Assembly (NCBI GenBank): GCA_002633005.1
Contig: NMRA01000361.1
Location: 62,001 to 126,000, forward strand
DNA: 64,000 nt
From: Phoronis australis
Lineage: Eukaryota > Animalia > Phoronida
Reading direction: 5' to 3'
Positions within the stretch are counted from its first letter, which is position 1, and each line of letters starts with the position of its first letter. The position numbers and the translations under genes are program-made. The notes beneath the pieces are model-generated. The model saw only the letters and a list, made by a program, of their open reading frames with translations. It was not told where the DNA came from and did not search any database. Shown piece by piece: positions 12,401 to 24,400 of the stretch.

Positions 12401-15400
12401 CCACTAGAACCTCGGCCTGTTTCATGTACTTCATCAATAGATTTTTACGTGGAGCAGGGCAATCATAGTGATCAAACACTGGCTGAAATAGATCGCAATA
12501 TTGTACACACAAACTAAGGAGTTCCTTAATTGTTTGATGTGAATTCCTCACAAAAAGTTAGGTTAGCATGACATTTCTCCAAACTTGATAATAATTAGCC
12601 AAGAACGATGTAAACGGATATAATTTTCTGACTAGGATTTTACTTTGGGCAGATGTGTTAACTTTTGTGTATTCATTGTGGTAGGTAATTGGCGTGCAAG
12701 TCGTGTCAAAGGACTGTGCCAGTTCTAAAAATAGACTTGATTGATATCTGGATGAAATTATAAACCAGAAGTATTTGCAGCGTATGATCTGTCAGTTTTG
12801 TCATTGATTGCAGGTCACGGCAAGTTATTGATGGGAGATGGTACGTACTATGAAGGGGAGTTCAAGGCGGGTGAAATAACAGGAAATGGCTTCAAATACT
12901 TTGCCTCCACTGGCAGCCAATACATGGGGGAATTTGTGGAGGGCGAGATGCATGGGCAGGGTCAGATGCAGTATGGAGATGGGAGTAATTACGAAGGAAA
13001 TTGGGTCAGGAATAAACGACAAGGTGAGTGTTGAAACGGGAACTTTCTGTTCCAAGTACATCCTGATAGACATGCACAAAACAATGTGCTTCTGTGGGTG
13101 GGGGGGGAGTTGTGTTGATGCTCAACTGATCAGCGACAAGCAAGTTAATCTTTGGAAACTTGTACTCAGGAATTGGCTGCCTGGATGCAGTTTAACTCAT
13201 TATAACCATTCTTGTCTTTAATCGATGATTTTGCTTACAGAGAAAATGATATTTCAAATTTGATTTGTTGGCTTGTAGGACTTTGATATTATATTTGCTC
13301 TTTGCTTCTACAGCAAATGTCCGTCTATTACAGTAGTACATTGATTTCTGAAATTGCTTTGCCTTAATTCTGTTATGGCTTTCAGCTATCAGCCATTCGG
13401 AAGCAATTATTATAAGACAGAATGTGCTTTAATGTTTCTTTGTTGAGGTGAGCCATTAAGGTTTCATTGAGTGTTGCTCTCTGTTATGGCGTTCTTCATT
13501 AAAACAGTTGATACATTTCCTTTGGTTTAGCTGGTTAAATAATGAAATTAGAATTATGTAGTCCTCCCACTCTGGTACAACTGGTATCGGCTTTTCTTAC
13601 GATCACTAGGACTTGTTTTCTGTTACCAGGAAGTAAATCTCAAACATATTAAGGAAATTGTCTTTTCATATTGATAATTATATAGAAGAATTTTGTTCTT
13701 TCTCAAGGAAATGGGATTTTGAAGGGCAATGATGGAAGTATTTACCAAGGATCATTCTTTCAGCACAAGAGACATGGCCATGGTATTATGATCTACATGT
13801 AAGTTTTGCAGCTCTTTGCCTTCCTATGAATCGTGATACACGGCCTTGGTACAATGATCTGCATGTCAGTTTTGTTCTCAAAAGAATCACGCTACAAGGT
13901 CATTGTATTGTGATCTAAAGTATCTTTCAAAATAAACTGGATAATGTCGAAATTTGATGATCTTTTGATGCACAAAACTGCAACTAAATGACGATTGTCC
14001 ATTTTTTTTAAAAAGCCATTTGAATTCTGGCTAAATCTCGGCAAAACTTTAACAAGTTTTTCTTCACACACTGTCAAAGTCACAACAACTAACCTTGCAA
14101 GTCCATTCAAAACAAACAATTGTCAGCTAGATGCAATAACTGAAGTTTGACAAAAATGTTGCTTTACTGCAACTAAAGTTCAACTATTTAAGAAACTAAT
14201 TCTGGCAAAAAATTTGTTATAGTTTGGCAGGGTCTAGCAACTAAAGGTACTGCTGAAGTCTGTCTATTTTATTTTGAAAATTTCCTGTGCATGTTAGTTT
14301 TAATGTAACTACTCATTATCAATAAATCCTACGACATGGTCATGGTATTATGACCTACATGATATCTATACGGTGTCTCTCAGTGAATTTACATGACAAA
14401 AGCAAAACCATTCTCTTAAATTTCACAAAAAGAAATAGACTATTTTTATGGACTCTACTTTTACTTGTTTTCTTTTTGTAGTCATGTCTTGCTTTAGCTG
14501 TAACTCAAAAATTATCTATACCGGAGAATCAGATTCTATCGTGCTAATATGTCTTTGGATAATTTTTGAAAAGTAGCATGATTTTCAGGAGTGTTTAATG
14601 AGCTGTAAGTCGTACTGTACTCATTATGGTTGATTTTTAGTACGAATGACAAGTATGATGGTGATTGGATACAAGACAAGAAACAAGGTCATGGTCGTCT
14701 CATAATGGCAGATGGCTCATTGTATCAGGTAGTTTGTCAAATAACCTTTGACAACCAAGCTAGTTGAACTTATAGTCAGCCGCTGTTATATTCTGGCAAT
14801 CGAGTGATCAACATTAACTGGTTCATTATGTGTCCTAGTTTGTCTGACTAAATACTACAAACAAACAATGTTTATTTAAAATTTTATGTTCAGTTAAAAT
14901 TGCTTACTTAACATTTTGAAAGTGAAAGATAAATTGGCAATGTTAATTAAGTCTTAATTGTGCAGCAGATGATCGGTGCTGATTAACTTGGTTAATTAGC
15001 CTATATTAGTCTGAACCAGGTAACTCGTAAGAGTTGTCATATGCATCTTGTACTAGTGGCATCAAGCCATCTTTTTACATTGAAATTTATCATTTTTTTA
15101 TGTCAGCGAATGTTGACCTGTCTTACTGTAGTCCTGATTTCTTGCAGGGCCAGTTTATGAATGACTTGTTTCACGGCCTTGGAGAACTAAAACACATCTC
15201 TGGGTTTGTGTACGAAGGACTGTGGAACAATGGCAAGCCAGCAGCACTGGCTACAAAACTGGTGATCAAAGGAATCGATGGCAATGAACTGGAGTTGTTC
15301 CAGGGAGACACGTTCTCGTTGGTAGTCGAGACTCATAATGAGGAAGGCGAGATGATAGAAGGTACATATTGGTGTTCTGCTTGAAAATGGAAAGCTTATT

Positions 15401-18400
15401 ACTAGACAAACTGTACTTTGGTCGTAAAATGTTAACGACCAGTTTGACAACAGCTGCTAAAATCCCCATTTACTACATAATTATGTTATTACAATATATT
15501 ATTCTTAATTTCAAATAAAGCTTACTTTGACAAAAATAATGATATTTGTGTGTTCATTTGTTCGTTAATGCCAATTATATGCATTTTTGTTCATTGGAAG
15601 ATGATTTTTGAGATGATTAGTGGAATGCAAAGTTCTAAAAACATTGGATAGATTCAATAATTATAGTAACTGTTGTTCATAACAGAATAATAATCAAATC
15701 TAGCCATGGTTCAAAAGGCAGGTGCACTGTCAGTTGGTTCAGAAATAGATTAAAGCTGCTGTCCCCAAGTTTAGCAAATAAGATGACAAAAATTCAAATT
15801 AAATATTAACTAAAATATTTTTTTTTGTATTTGATGGAAACAAATCATGGTCTTTGATTTGGGTAAAAAAATCCCCAAAGCTGCTTATTCTTGCATTTTC
15901 TAACAAAAATTACGGAAAATGTTAATAGGGATCCCCAGAAAAATGTGTTCCATGATTTTTGTTAGAGAATCCAAGGACATGTAGTTTTGGGGGTTTTTGT
16001 ACGAAGATCAAATATGATTCAGTTTAATGCCTAACATACAAAAAAGTTTAGTTGCTTAAATTAATAAGGTCCATAACGAAAGCATAATCGCGCTTCAAAA
16101 ATATTGACTCTTATTTAAATTTTGCTGGAGAGTGGTCCTGAGAATGTAATGTGGTATTATTCTGTCTTGACATTGATGTTTTTTTGGAAATCACCCCAAA
16201 GCTCTATTTCAGGTATTTGTATCCAGTATAAGTACCACTGACTGCACTATGATTAATGTAATGAGTGCTTTTATTTGAAGATCAAAATAGAGAGATTCAA
16301 GTCACTGCTGGCTTCCGCTATACGCCTCCAAAAGAAGGCTCTGCCTTGTTTGACTTGATAGAAGACGTAGAAGAAAAACCCATGGCAACGCCATTGTAAG
16401 TATTTTGAATTGCAGTCCGTGACACCTTGCTGGCTGAAGTGTCTAAAGTATCACGTATTACTTTTCAATAGCTTTGTGAACTGCTACTTTCTGTGCACTG
16501 CTTCTTTGTGTTTTTTATTTGCTTGGTGCAGATTTAGCCTGCCTCTCACAAGAAATCTGTGGCTAGATGCACGAAACAGTCCCAAATAGGGACTCAACTA
16601 ATAGTATGTTCCTTTTTACAGCATTTGTATTGGCGCTACTGTATGATTCATGCCCTGTTCAGCTGTGGCTGCAGTGTTTCAAATTATGCCCGCTCAGTAC
16701 AAAAGGATCAAACCCAGTTTTGGCCTGCTAGCAGATATTACATTCATTTCCCATTCATTTCTCTGAAAGGAAATAATGCTCTGTAACCCTTGACAACCCT
16801 CAATTGTTTTGAGCCAAATTTGAAAATTCCTTACAAAGTCTGCTAAGCGGACAAGCATGACCTACGCTTTAAGCAGGTTACATGCCAACTGTAGGGAAAG
16901 ACCACTCTCCAAGAACTATAAATCCTATCTGGGACACAGAGAGTATGTTTTTCGCTGAATCCTGGTTTTTACTCTCAAGTGGGTCGCCAATGATGCATTA
17001 ATGGGTGTCAGAACGAGGCTTGGTTGAAATCGTCAAAACAGCGTTAAGTATACTAATTCTTTAATATGTTAATGGCAGCTATTTCAGTGGCACATATTGA
17101 CAGGATGACTTAACCTCTTGAAGTGTATTATTTATTGTGCAGTTATTGTTAAGTTAGTTACTGTAAAACATATTTTCACTGATAACATGATACATAAACT
17201 CCACTGTATTTAGCTCGAAGAAGATGAGGCAAAAACTGACAGATTCCATTATCAGGTTTGCTGACACCAACCATTGTTCACCCAATAAACCTTATCTACG
17301 CCAGATTGTTATTTCCCAGCTCTGTAAAATTGAGCTACAACTTTTACTATTTTTTACTCAATGTTATTTGTTGTTGTAAATATTAATTTCCTTTCCCTCT
17401 TCTTAACATTTTTTCATCATTAGTACTAAATCGTTTTTACTGATTGAAGTAGATTATGTGTTCTTTGTTTTAGATTGCTGTTAGATGTGTTAGAATTCAT
17501 TCACAGTTTATCCTTCCTAGTCTGATTTATCAACAGGACTGTCAGTGTAGCTGTCTCAAACAGCATGTATAACTCTTTGGAAGCTAATATTCATCTATTT
17601 AACATTTAATAGACCATAGTTTTAATAGGATTTTGTTTGTATCCCCAATCACGCGCATGTCAGAATGTCACACGTAAGCAGTATTGAATGTGTAAGGGAT
17701 GGATGTCTGAGGCCTGGTGTATGATTTGCCTGGTTGGTTGTCCCTAGCCTGGCGGCTCATCATTCAACAATTGCTAAATATACTGTATCAACTGGTCAGG
17801 AGCAAACTGTCTTTTCCTTGTAAAGATCTAAGAAGTATTTTTTGAAACTGCTACTGAGACCAACAAGCTCAATTGGATGTGGTCTGTTTTTTATTTGAAT
17901 CATTGGTATGGTGTTTTTTAATTGTTCACTTTTTCAAAAAAAAAAATCACCTGAGATAAGCGAAAACAATGCGGGATTTGTTTTTATTTCACTCTAAGCA
18001 GTTTTGGGTAGGGGGCTGGCGAATGATGGAAGTTGTGCCAGTGCATGAAAATTCCTCTCTTCATCACTGTTGATGACAGCAAGCATGGAAATGACATCAC
18101 AATCCCAACACGTTGCCAAGACTGCAACACTGATGATCCATGACATTGCAGTACTTCACTCGAATGATAGTTCAACTACTTAGCTGTCATGGGTCAAGTT
18201 TGGAACTGTGTGCTTTTCCAAGCCATCTGGAGTTGAAATCTGGGAATCCAGCCTGTACTTATTAAGTGCACTTAATATTAAAACTGCTGCTTATTTTGAT
18301 TTTTCAACATTGCGTACATGCGCCTCTCTCTGAGATGGTTGATAGTACATAATATTGTCAGTTATTTATTAGTCACCGATTGTCTAATGGAATTTTCAGT

Positions 18401-21400
18401 TAATAATACCAAGAAGTCTGTCCCATCCAACGATAATCCCAAAAATGTGTTTTGCTGCTATAAAAAGATAATAACCCTATAAATGTACAGAATTCAAACA
18501 AAAACTCCTAAAGGTAGCCACATCATTTTACAGGAATTTCTGATTGAAGTTTTGTATATTGTAGTGGCTATGACATTGTTAACTACCCGCTGACGGAGCG
18601 CATTGTTGAAGATATAGTGGGGCTGGGTGAGAAGTCTCTGACGTCGATGACAGATCAGACGATACCTGAAGATGAGACTGGAGAGGGTGAAACTAAGACT
18701 GAACCAGGTAGGGTGTGTCAGATGTCTGGCTACACAGATGTTGCTCTGTGTCAGTGTTTTACATAGTACCAAAAGGACTTACATGACTTACATAATATCA
18801 ACTGTAAGGATTACGATTATAATCACAGCTGTGTTTTTCTGCTGCTTCATAACTAGAGTGTACTTTAAAATTCCAGCAAGCAATTCCTTTCAATTATTTC
18901 CTAATTTTCCCAGATTGATATGCNGGAACTGTGTGCTTTTCTAAGCCATCTGAAGTTGAAATCTGGGAATCCAGTCTGTACTTATTAAGTGCACTTAATA
19001 TTAAAACTGCTGCTTATTATGATTTTTCAACATTGCGTACGTGTGCCTCTCTCTGAGATGGTTGATAGTACATAATATTGTCAGTTATTTATTAGTCATC
19101 GATTGTCTAATGGAATTTTCAGTTAATAATACCAAGAAGTCTGTCCCATCCAACGATAATCCCAAAAATGTGTTTTGCTGCTATAAAAAGATAATAACCC
19201 TATAAATGTACAGAATTCAAACAAAAACTCCTAAGGTAGCCACATCATTTTACAGGAATTTCTGATTGAAGTTTTGTATATTGTAGTGGCTATGACATTG
19301 TTAACTACCCGCTGACGGAGCGCATTGTTGAAGATATAGTGGGGCTGGGTGAGAAGTCTCTGACGTCGATGACAGATCAGACGATACCTGAAGATGAGAC
19401 TGGAGAGGGTGAAACTAAGACTGAACCAGGTAGGGTGTGTCAGATGTCTGGCTACACAGATGTTGCTCTGTGTCAGTGTTTTACATAGTACCAAAAGGAC
19501 TTACATGACTTACATAATATCAACTGTAAGGATTACGATTATAATCACAGCTGTGTTTTTCTGCTGCTTCATAACTAGAGTGTACTTTAAAATTCCAGCA
19601 AGCAATTCCTTTCAATTATTTCCTAATTTTCCCAGATTGATATGCAAAAATTATGAAAATACAAGTAGTCCCCTAGTGGACATTATTATCGTTTTTTGTC
19701 ATTTTTCCGTCTGCCTCCCTGTTTATCAAACCACTTGAAGAATCATCGTGAAAATTGCCAGATATGTTCATGTTGAAGAGAGCATGGTAAGGCTGACACT
19801 AACTTTTAGACTTATCTATTGAGTCGTCCCCTAGAGCCCGAGTTTTAGTTTTCTTTGTGTTTTGCCTGAATATCGATCAAATGATGTTCTTTGGTTGTTA
19901 ATGAATTTTGGCATGCTGGGTGCATGTTGAAATTGAAGAGAGAATGGCTGCGGTTGATTTTCGGACTATGACGCCTCATAGCTGCAGGTTTGGTTTTTGT
20001 GCCTACCTTAATGCATGCCAAGTTCCATTATGGATCTTCTATTGATGAAAGCATGAGTGGTGTTGATTCTTGGACAGAGATATGGATACTGTGGTAAACT
20101 GTCATTGCATCTGCCTTAATATCTTGAAGTTCTTTTTAATAAGACCTTCAGGAAGTTTGTCCTAAGTGCCCCGCGATCGCCAACGATTTCATCCCTCTCT
20201 CACCCCAGGCAGCCCTGTTTCAGCGATCACCGCCTACTTTCCAGCCAAATGCATTTGAAGACAGAGTTGATACATCCCCGGCGTGTAAACTAGTGCATCA
20301 AATCCCAAAGAGCATAATAATAATAATAATGATGGTAGTTAGCTCAAACCTTCGTTCACATCTGGTCATTGTGCGTTATGTGAACGCATTATCAAAAAAC
20401 AGAAAATACCACCAAAATCTATTAATTAATAGAAAACGCATACTTTTGGACTATTATCATCGAATTATAATCATACAAGGCAGTTTCCTGTTCTATTACA
20501 CATAAATTGGAAAGATTCCTAAATTGTTGAGCATTTTAGGAATCTACAAATGGCCTGCACAGTATATGGAAATTTAACCGGATTTACTTACGTTATCCCC
20601 AAAATGCGCAAGTCCACATAAGGCACAGAACAGTGACATTCGTGCCCAAATGCTACTGCAAGGATGACCTCAGTCATTAAAACTGCACCGGGAACATGAA
20701 TTGAATTTAAATTTTGTTGTTTTTTTACTAGCTGATGCTCCAGAAGATAGTGTCCCTGAAGCCCCTGTTGATCCTGAGACCCCTGCTGCCCCTGAAGCCC
20801 CAGAGCTGTCTGCTGCTGCTACTGCCCTGGACAGGCCAGAGTCATCCACTGCTGATGCTGCCACAGGTGAGTGTGTGTGAGATGAAGTCTAGACAGTTGT
20901 AACTCGCTATACTTAAGTTCCATTGCTCACAGCTATATGGTGTTGTGAAAGTCAACTTTTTTGGTTAAGTCTTTTTGAAATTTTAACCGGCATTCAACTT
21001 TTATTTAAAGCCGTTATGAAATCCCCAAAATGACTAATTTTTACTGATGCCTTTTGCAAATTTAAAGCTGTTCTCAACTTGTTTCTTACTCAAAGTGAGC
21101 TTGATTTCTGGCATTGACATCTGCTCAACTGTCGACCCTTTTTGTTTGAGACCTTGCTCACCACATAAAATGACTGACTACCAACTTATTGATCGTGTCA
21201 ATCAATATCGAATTGTTAGTGCTTCTGAGGCAAGAAATCCCTTATTGTCGAACCAAGAAGACCCTAGAGACCAATTTTATAATTGCAAGTAGTATAGATC
21301 AAAAATTAATTTTTCAACAAAATCCTCAAGTGTGTTAGATTTAGTTGAGATTGAAGTCTTTGTGTTATACAAAGTGACAGCATGCTATTTTATGATAAAC

Positions 21401-24400
21401 ATAAAATGCTGCATACAAGTGCTTGGGGCTTATAAGAAATATTGCATTCAGTTTCCGTGGAATATAAAACCACAGCGTGCATGATGATAGGGCCATGGGC
21501 TTTTATTTGAACATGAGGCCATGGGCTTACATTTGTATATGAGGGCACGAGTTTGCATTTGAATGAGGCCATGGGCTTATATTTGAGCATGAGGTCATCA
21601 GATTACATTTGAATATGAGGTCATAAGGTTACATTTGAATATGAGGTCATAAGGTTACATTTGAATATGAGGTCATACGGTTACATTTGAATATGAGGTC
21701 ATAAGGTTACATTTGAATATGAGGTCATAAGGGTACATTTGAATATGAGGTCATACTGTTTTTGTATATACAGCGTTACCTGGTGTTATTTTTCTTGTGT
21801 TTTTGTAATCTTTATATGATGTTGTCATGCGCTGGAGTGTCATGTTCATGTTGCATTTCGAAAATTTTCAATCTCTTAAGCCAGCCGCAGGCTCCATTGA
21901 CTTGGTTCCCAGCTGGCAGTTGTCTCAATACCCTAAGTTGAGTAGAAATGGAGCATTTTTGGGGTGCAGGGATTAGAGTTGAAGCTTTGGGATAGGTTAC
22001 AAATATGTCAATGACTGATGGGGTTAAGTTGAGGAAAATACCCCCTCCAATTTCTCCCCTATGATGTCACAAGCCTGTGTGTCAAAGGCACATGAAGATC
22101 TGTTTTAACTCAACTCGATTGGTTTAATTACCTGCTGGGCACATGCCTCATGCATAACTCTATTCATTAGAAAAAGACAACTGTGAAACAGAAGTGTTTT
22201 CCATTAGGCTAAAGCTTAATGATTTTGTCCCCAACAAAGCTTTGCCTTCCTTCCTGTTAGAGTAGGCAGGTGGCAGCACTGTTGTGTCAGGTCAGAGATG
22301 TTTACTCTGGGTTAAGTCAACTAAAAAATAGCTGTGATAGGTTTTGACTGTGTGAAGGACTGTTTCATAGAGAACAGTTTAATTTAGAATGCTGCCAGTA
22401 TTTTAATTCAACTGGTTATTCTGCAGTGAGCTGTTACTTGTTTATTATTATTATGGTTTAAGCGTTAATAGGTGAGCTACTGTAAAAGTAATAATTATTC
22501 ATAAGTTATTTTTCGGAGTCATGGAGTTTATATCTGGAAACCTTCTTTGGGTGGAATGGAGGGCTCCAGTTACCTGCCGTTCCACCTGACGAAGGTCTCG
22601 AGATGAGACCGAAACCTGGTTGTCTCTATATAAACTTCATGACTCCAAAGGGTGACTTAATATAATTATTCATATATTCTAACGGAGTCAGTGACATGAA
22701 TATTCACTCTGCAGGGATTATTCAGTTTACAATACAATGTGACAGACAGTTGAATTTTATTTTGTCAAATTTGTTAGCAAAAGTAACTTTTCAGGAAATT
22801 TTACTTTTACTTTTCATTTTGATAGCATTTGGTAACATTTTGGGCATATGGAATAGATGTGGTAAGCCTCTGAAAACTACAAAAAATGTCAATTTTAACA
22901 ATTATTGTGTCCAGAATTGAGTATTTTTTAAAGATAAGTTTTAAAAGCTTTCATTCTACAGTGATGTATTTCTGTGTCTACTTCATTTAGTGGTCACAGA
23001 GACTGCAGACGCTACAGAGGGCCAGTCTACACCTCTCCCACCTCCTGTCGCCACTTGTCGATCTAATGCTGGTGTAGTGTCCTTCGCTGACCTATATATT
23101 CCTCCACCACCACCCATGTATAGACCATTCACCTTGATGGATGACGCATCCAGCACATCAACAACCTCCAAGAAAAGCAAATCCTCCAAAACTAAGCTTG
23201 GCAAGAAGGATGATGGTATTTATAGTGTGCTTGTTGAGTGTGCATGTCTTGTGGTACTTATGATTTTATTAGACACCAGGGCTGTGTTTCATGAAAAGTA
23301 TCTTAACACTTAAGTCAGAAATTTGGTCTTAAGCTCCGCACAATAATTAAATATCACTCGTATTAAAGTCTATCCAAAGTCTCTGAGAATATGTACATAA
23401 CTTTCAGTTTCTGGTATAACTTTATGATGTATTTCTAGGCAGTGATGCTCTCGCAATTACTTGGATAAGCCTTTTTTCATTGAGAAATAGGAATGCATGG
23501 TCAAATTTCTCTCTTAAGTCTTATGTCACTTTCATGAAGCAGACACCTGTTACTTTGATTGCTGTTAGTCAAATAGCTTTTCCACTGTTCCACTATTTCA
23601 ACCTTTGGCTATTGTCGGATATAACATGCCCGTGAGAACCAATTTGATGCCTGACATTCAGTGAAGAAAACTGGTTCTCAAAATTCGGGCAATTTCCCAA
23701 CCTTCCATAAGTGTAAGTCCTGAGGCCTACATTGCTTTATGTGGAAGCAAGGCAAGCAAGTTCACTCGTACTTTTAGACAGAACATTCTTAAAAATGGAT
23801 CTTCTGTTAAAAGGCTTCTGTGTTCAGAGTTTTCTTACAGTAACTTTATTGGAGGTTGCCTTGAAGTAGACAACTAAAAATCCTTTGCAAACATTATGCA
23901 TGAAATCCTTAATCTGTAGAATTAGCAGCTAAAAGACCTGAGTGTGTTTCTTGACCCCACTATGAAAATCTGAGAAGTCACCCTTTGGTTGGGATTTTGT
24001 CTTGAAAAACCATTCTCCTGAGGGACACATTTTGTATACACCATCGAAGTTAGTACAGTACAGTAACTGGTGTGGTTTTCAAAAATGTTGACTGGCAAAG
24101 TTTGACAAAATATTTCTCGGTCGTCAAAGTTAAAGAAAAACCAGAGAGACACCAGGCAAAAACTCACAGATTTGCAGATTCTTGGTGTGAAGAAATATTT
24201 GTAGCAATAACAACCATTTTGATATGATCCATGATATCCTGTTCTGGTAGTCGCATTTAGCTGTGCATGTCAACCTGCTGTGCATCAGATATGTGTCCGA
24301 CAAATGTAGAGGTGGTTTGACGACACAAACTATAAGGTACCTTTGCAACATGTAATGGATTAGAAGACTGCTATCTAGTATATAACATTGATTCACCATC

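Larger units (their letters stand above)
18202..19645. repeat. Near-identical direct duplication (18202-18923 / 18925-19645) around N18924 containing MORN1 exon 8; likely assembly artefact
   Basis: Copies of about 722 bp separated by a single N, with few differences. Confidence 0.85.

Noticed and set aside
21490-21755. CRISPR-like array
   Set aside because: Contiguous tandem units with no unique spacers, no cas genes, and a eukaryotic intron context.
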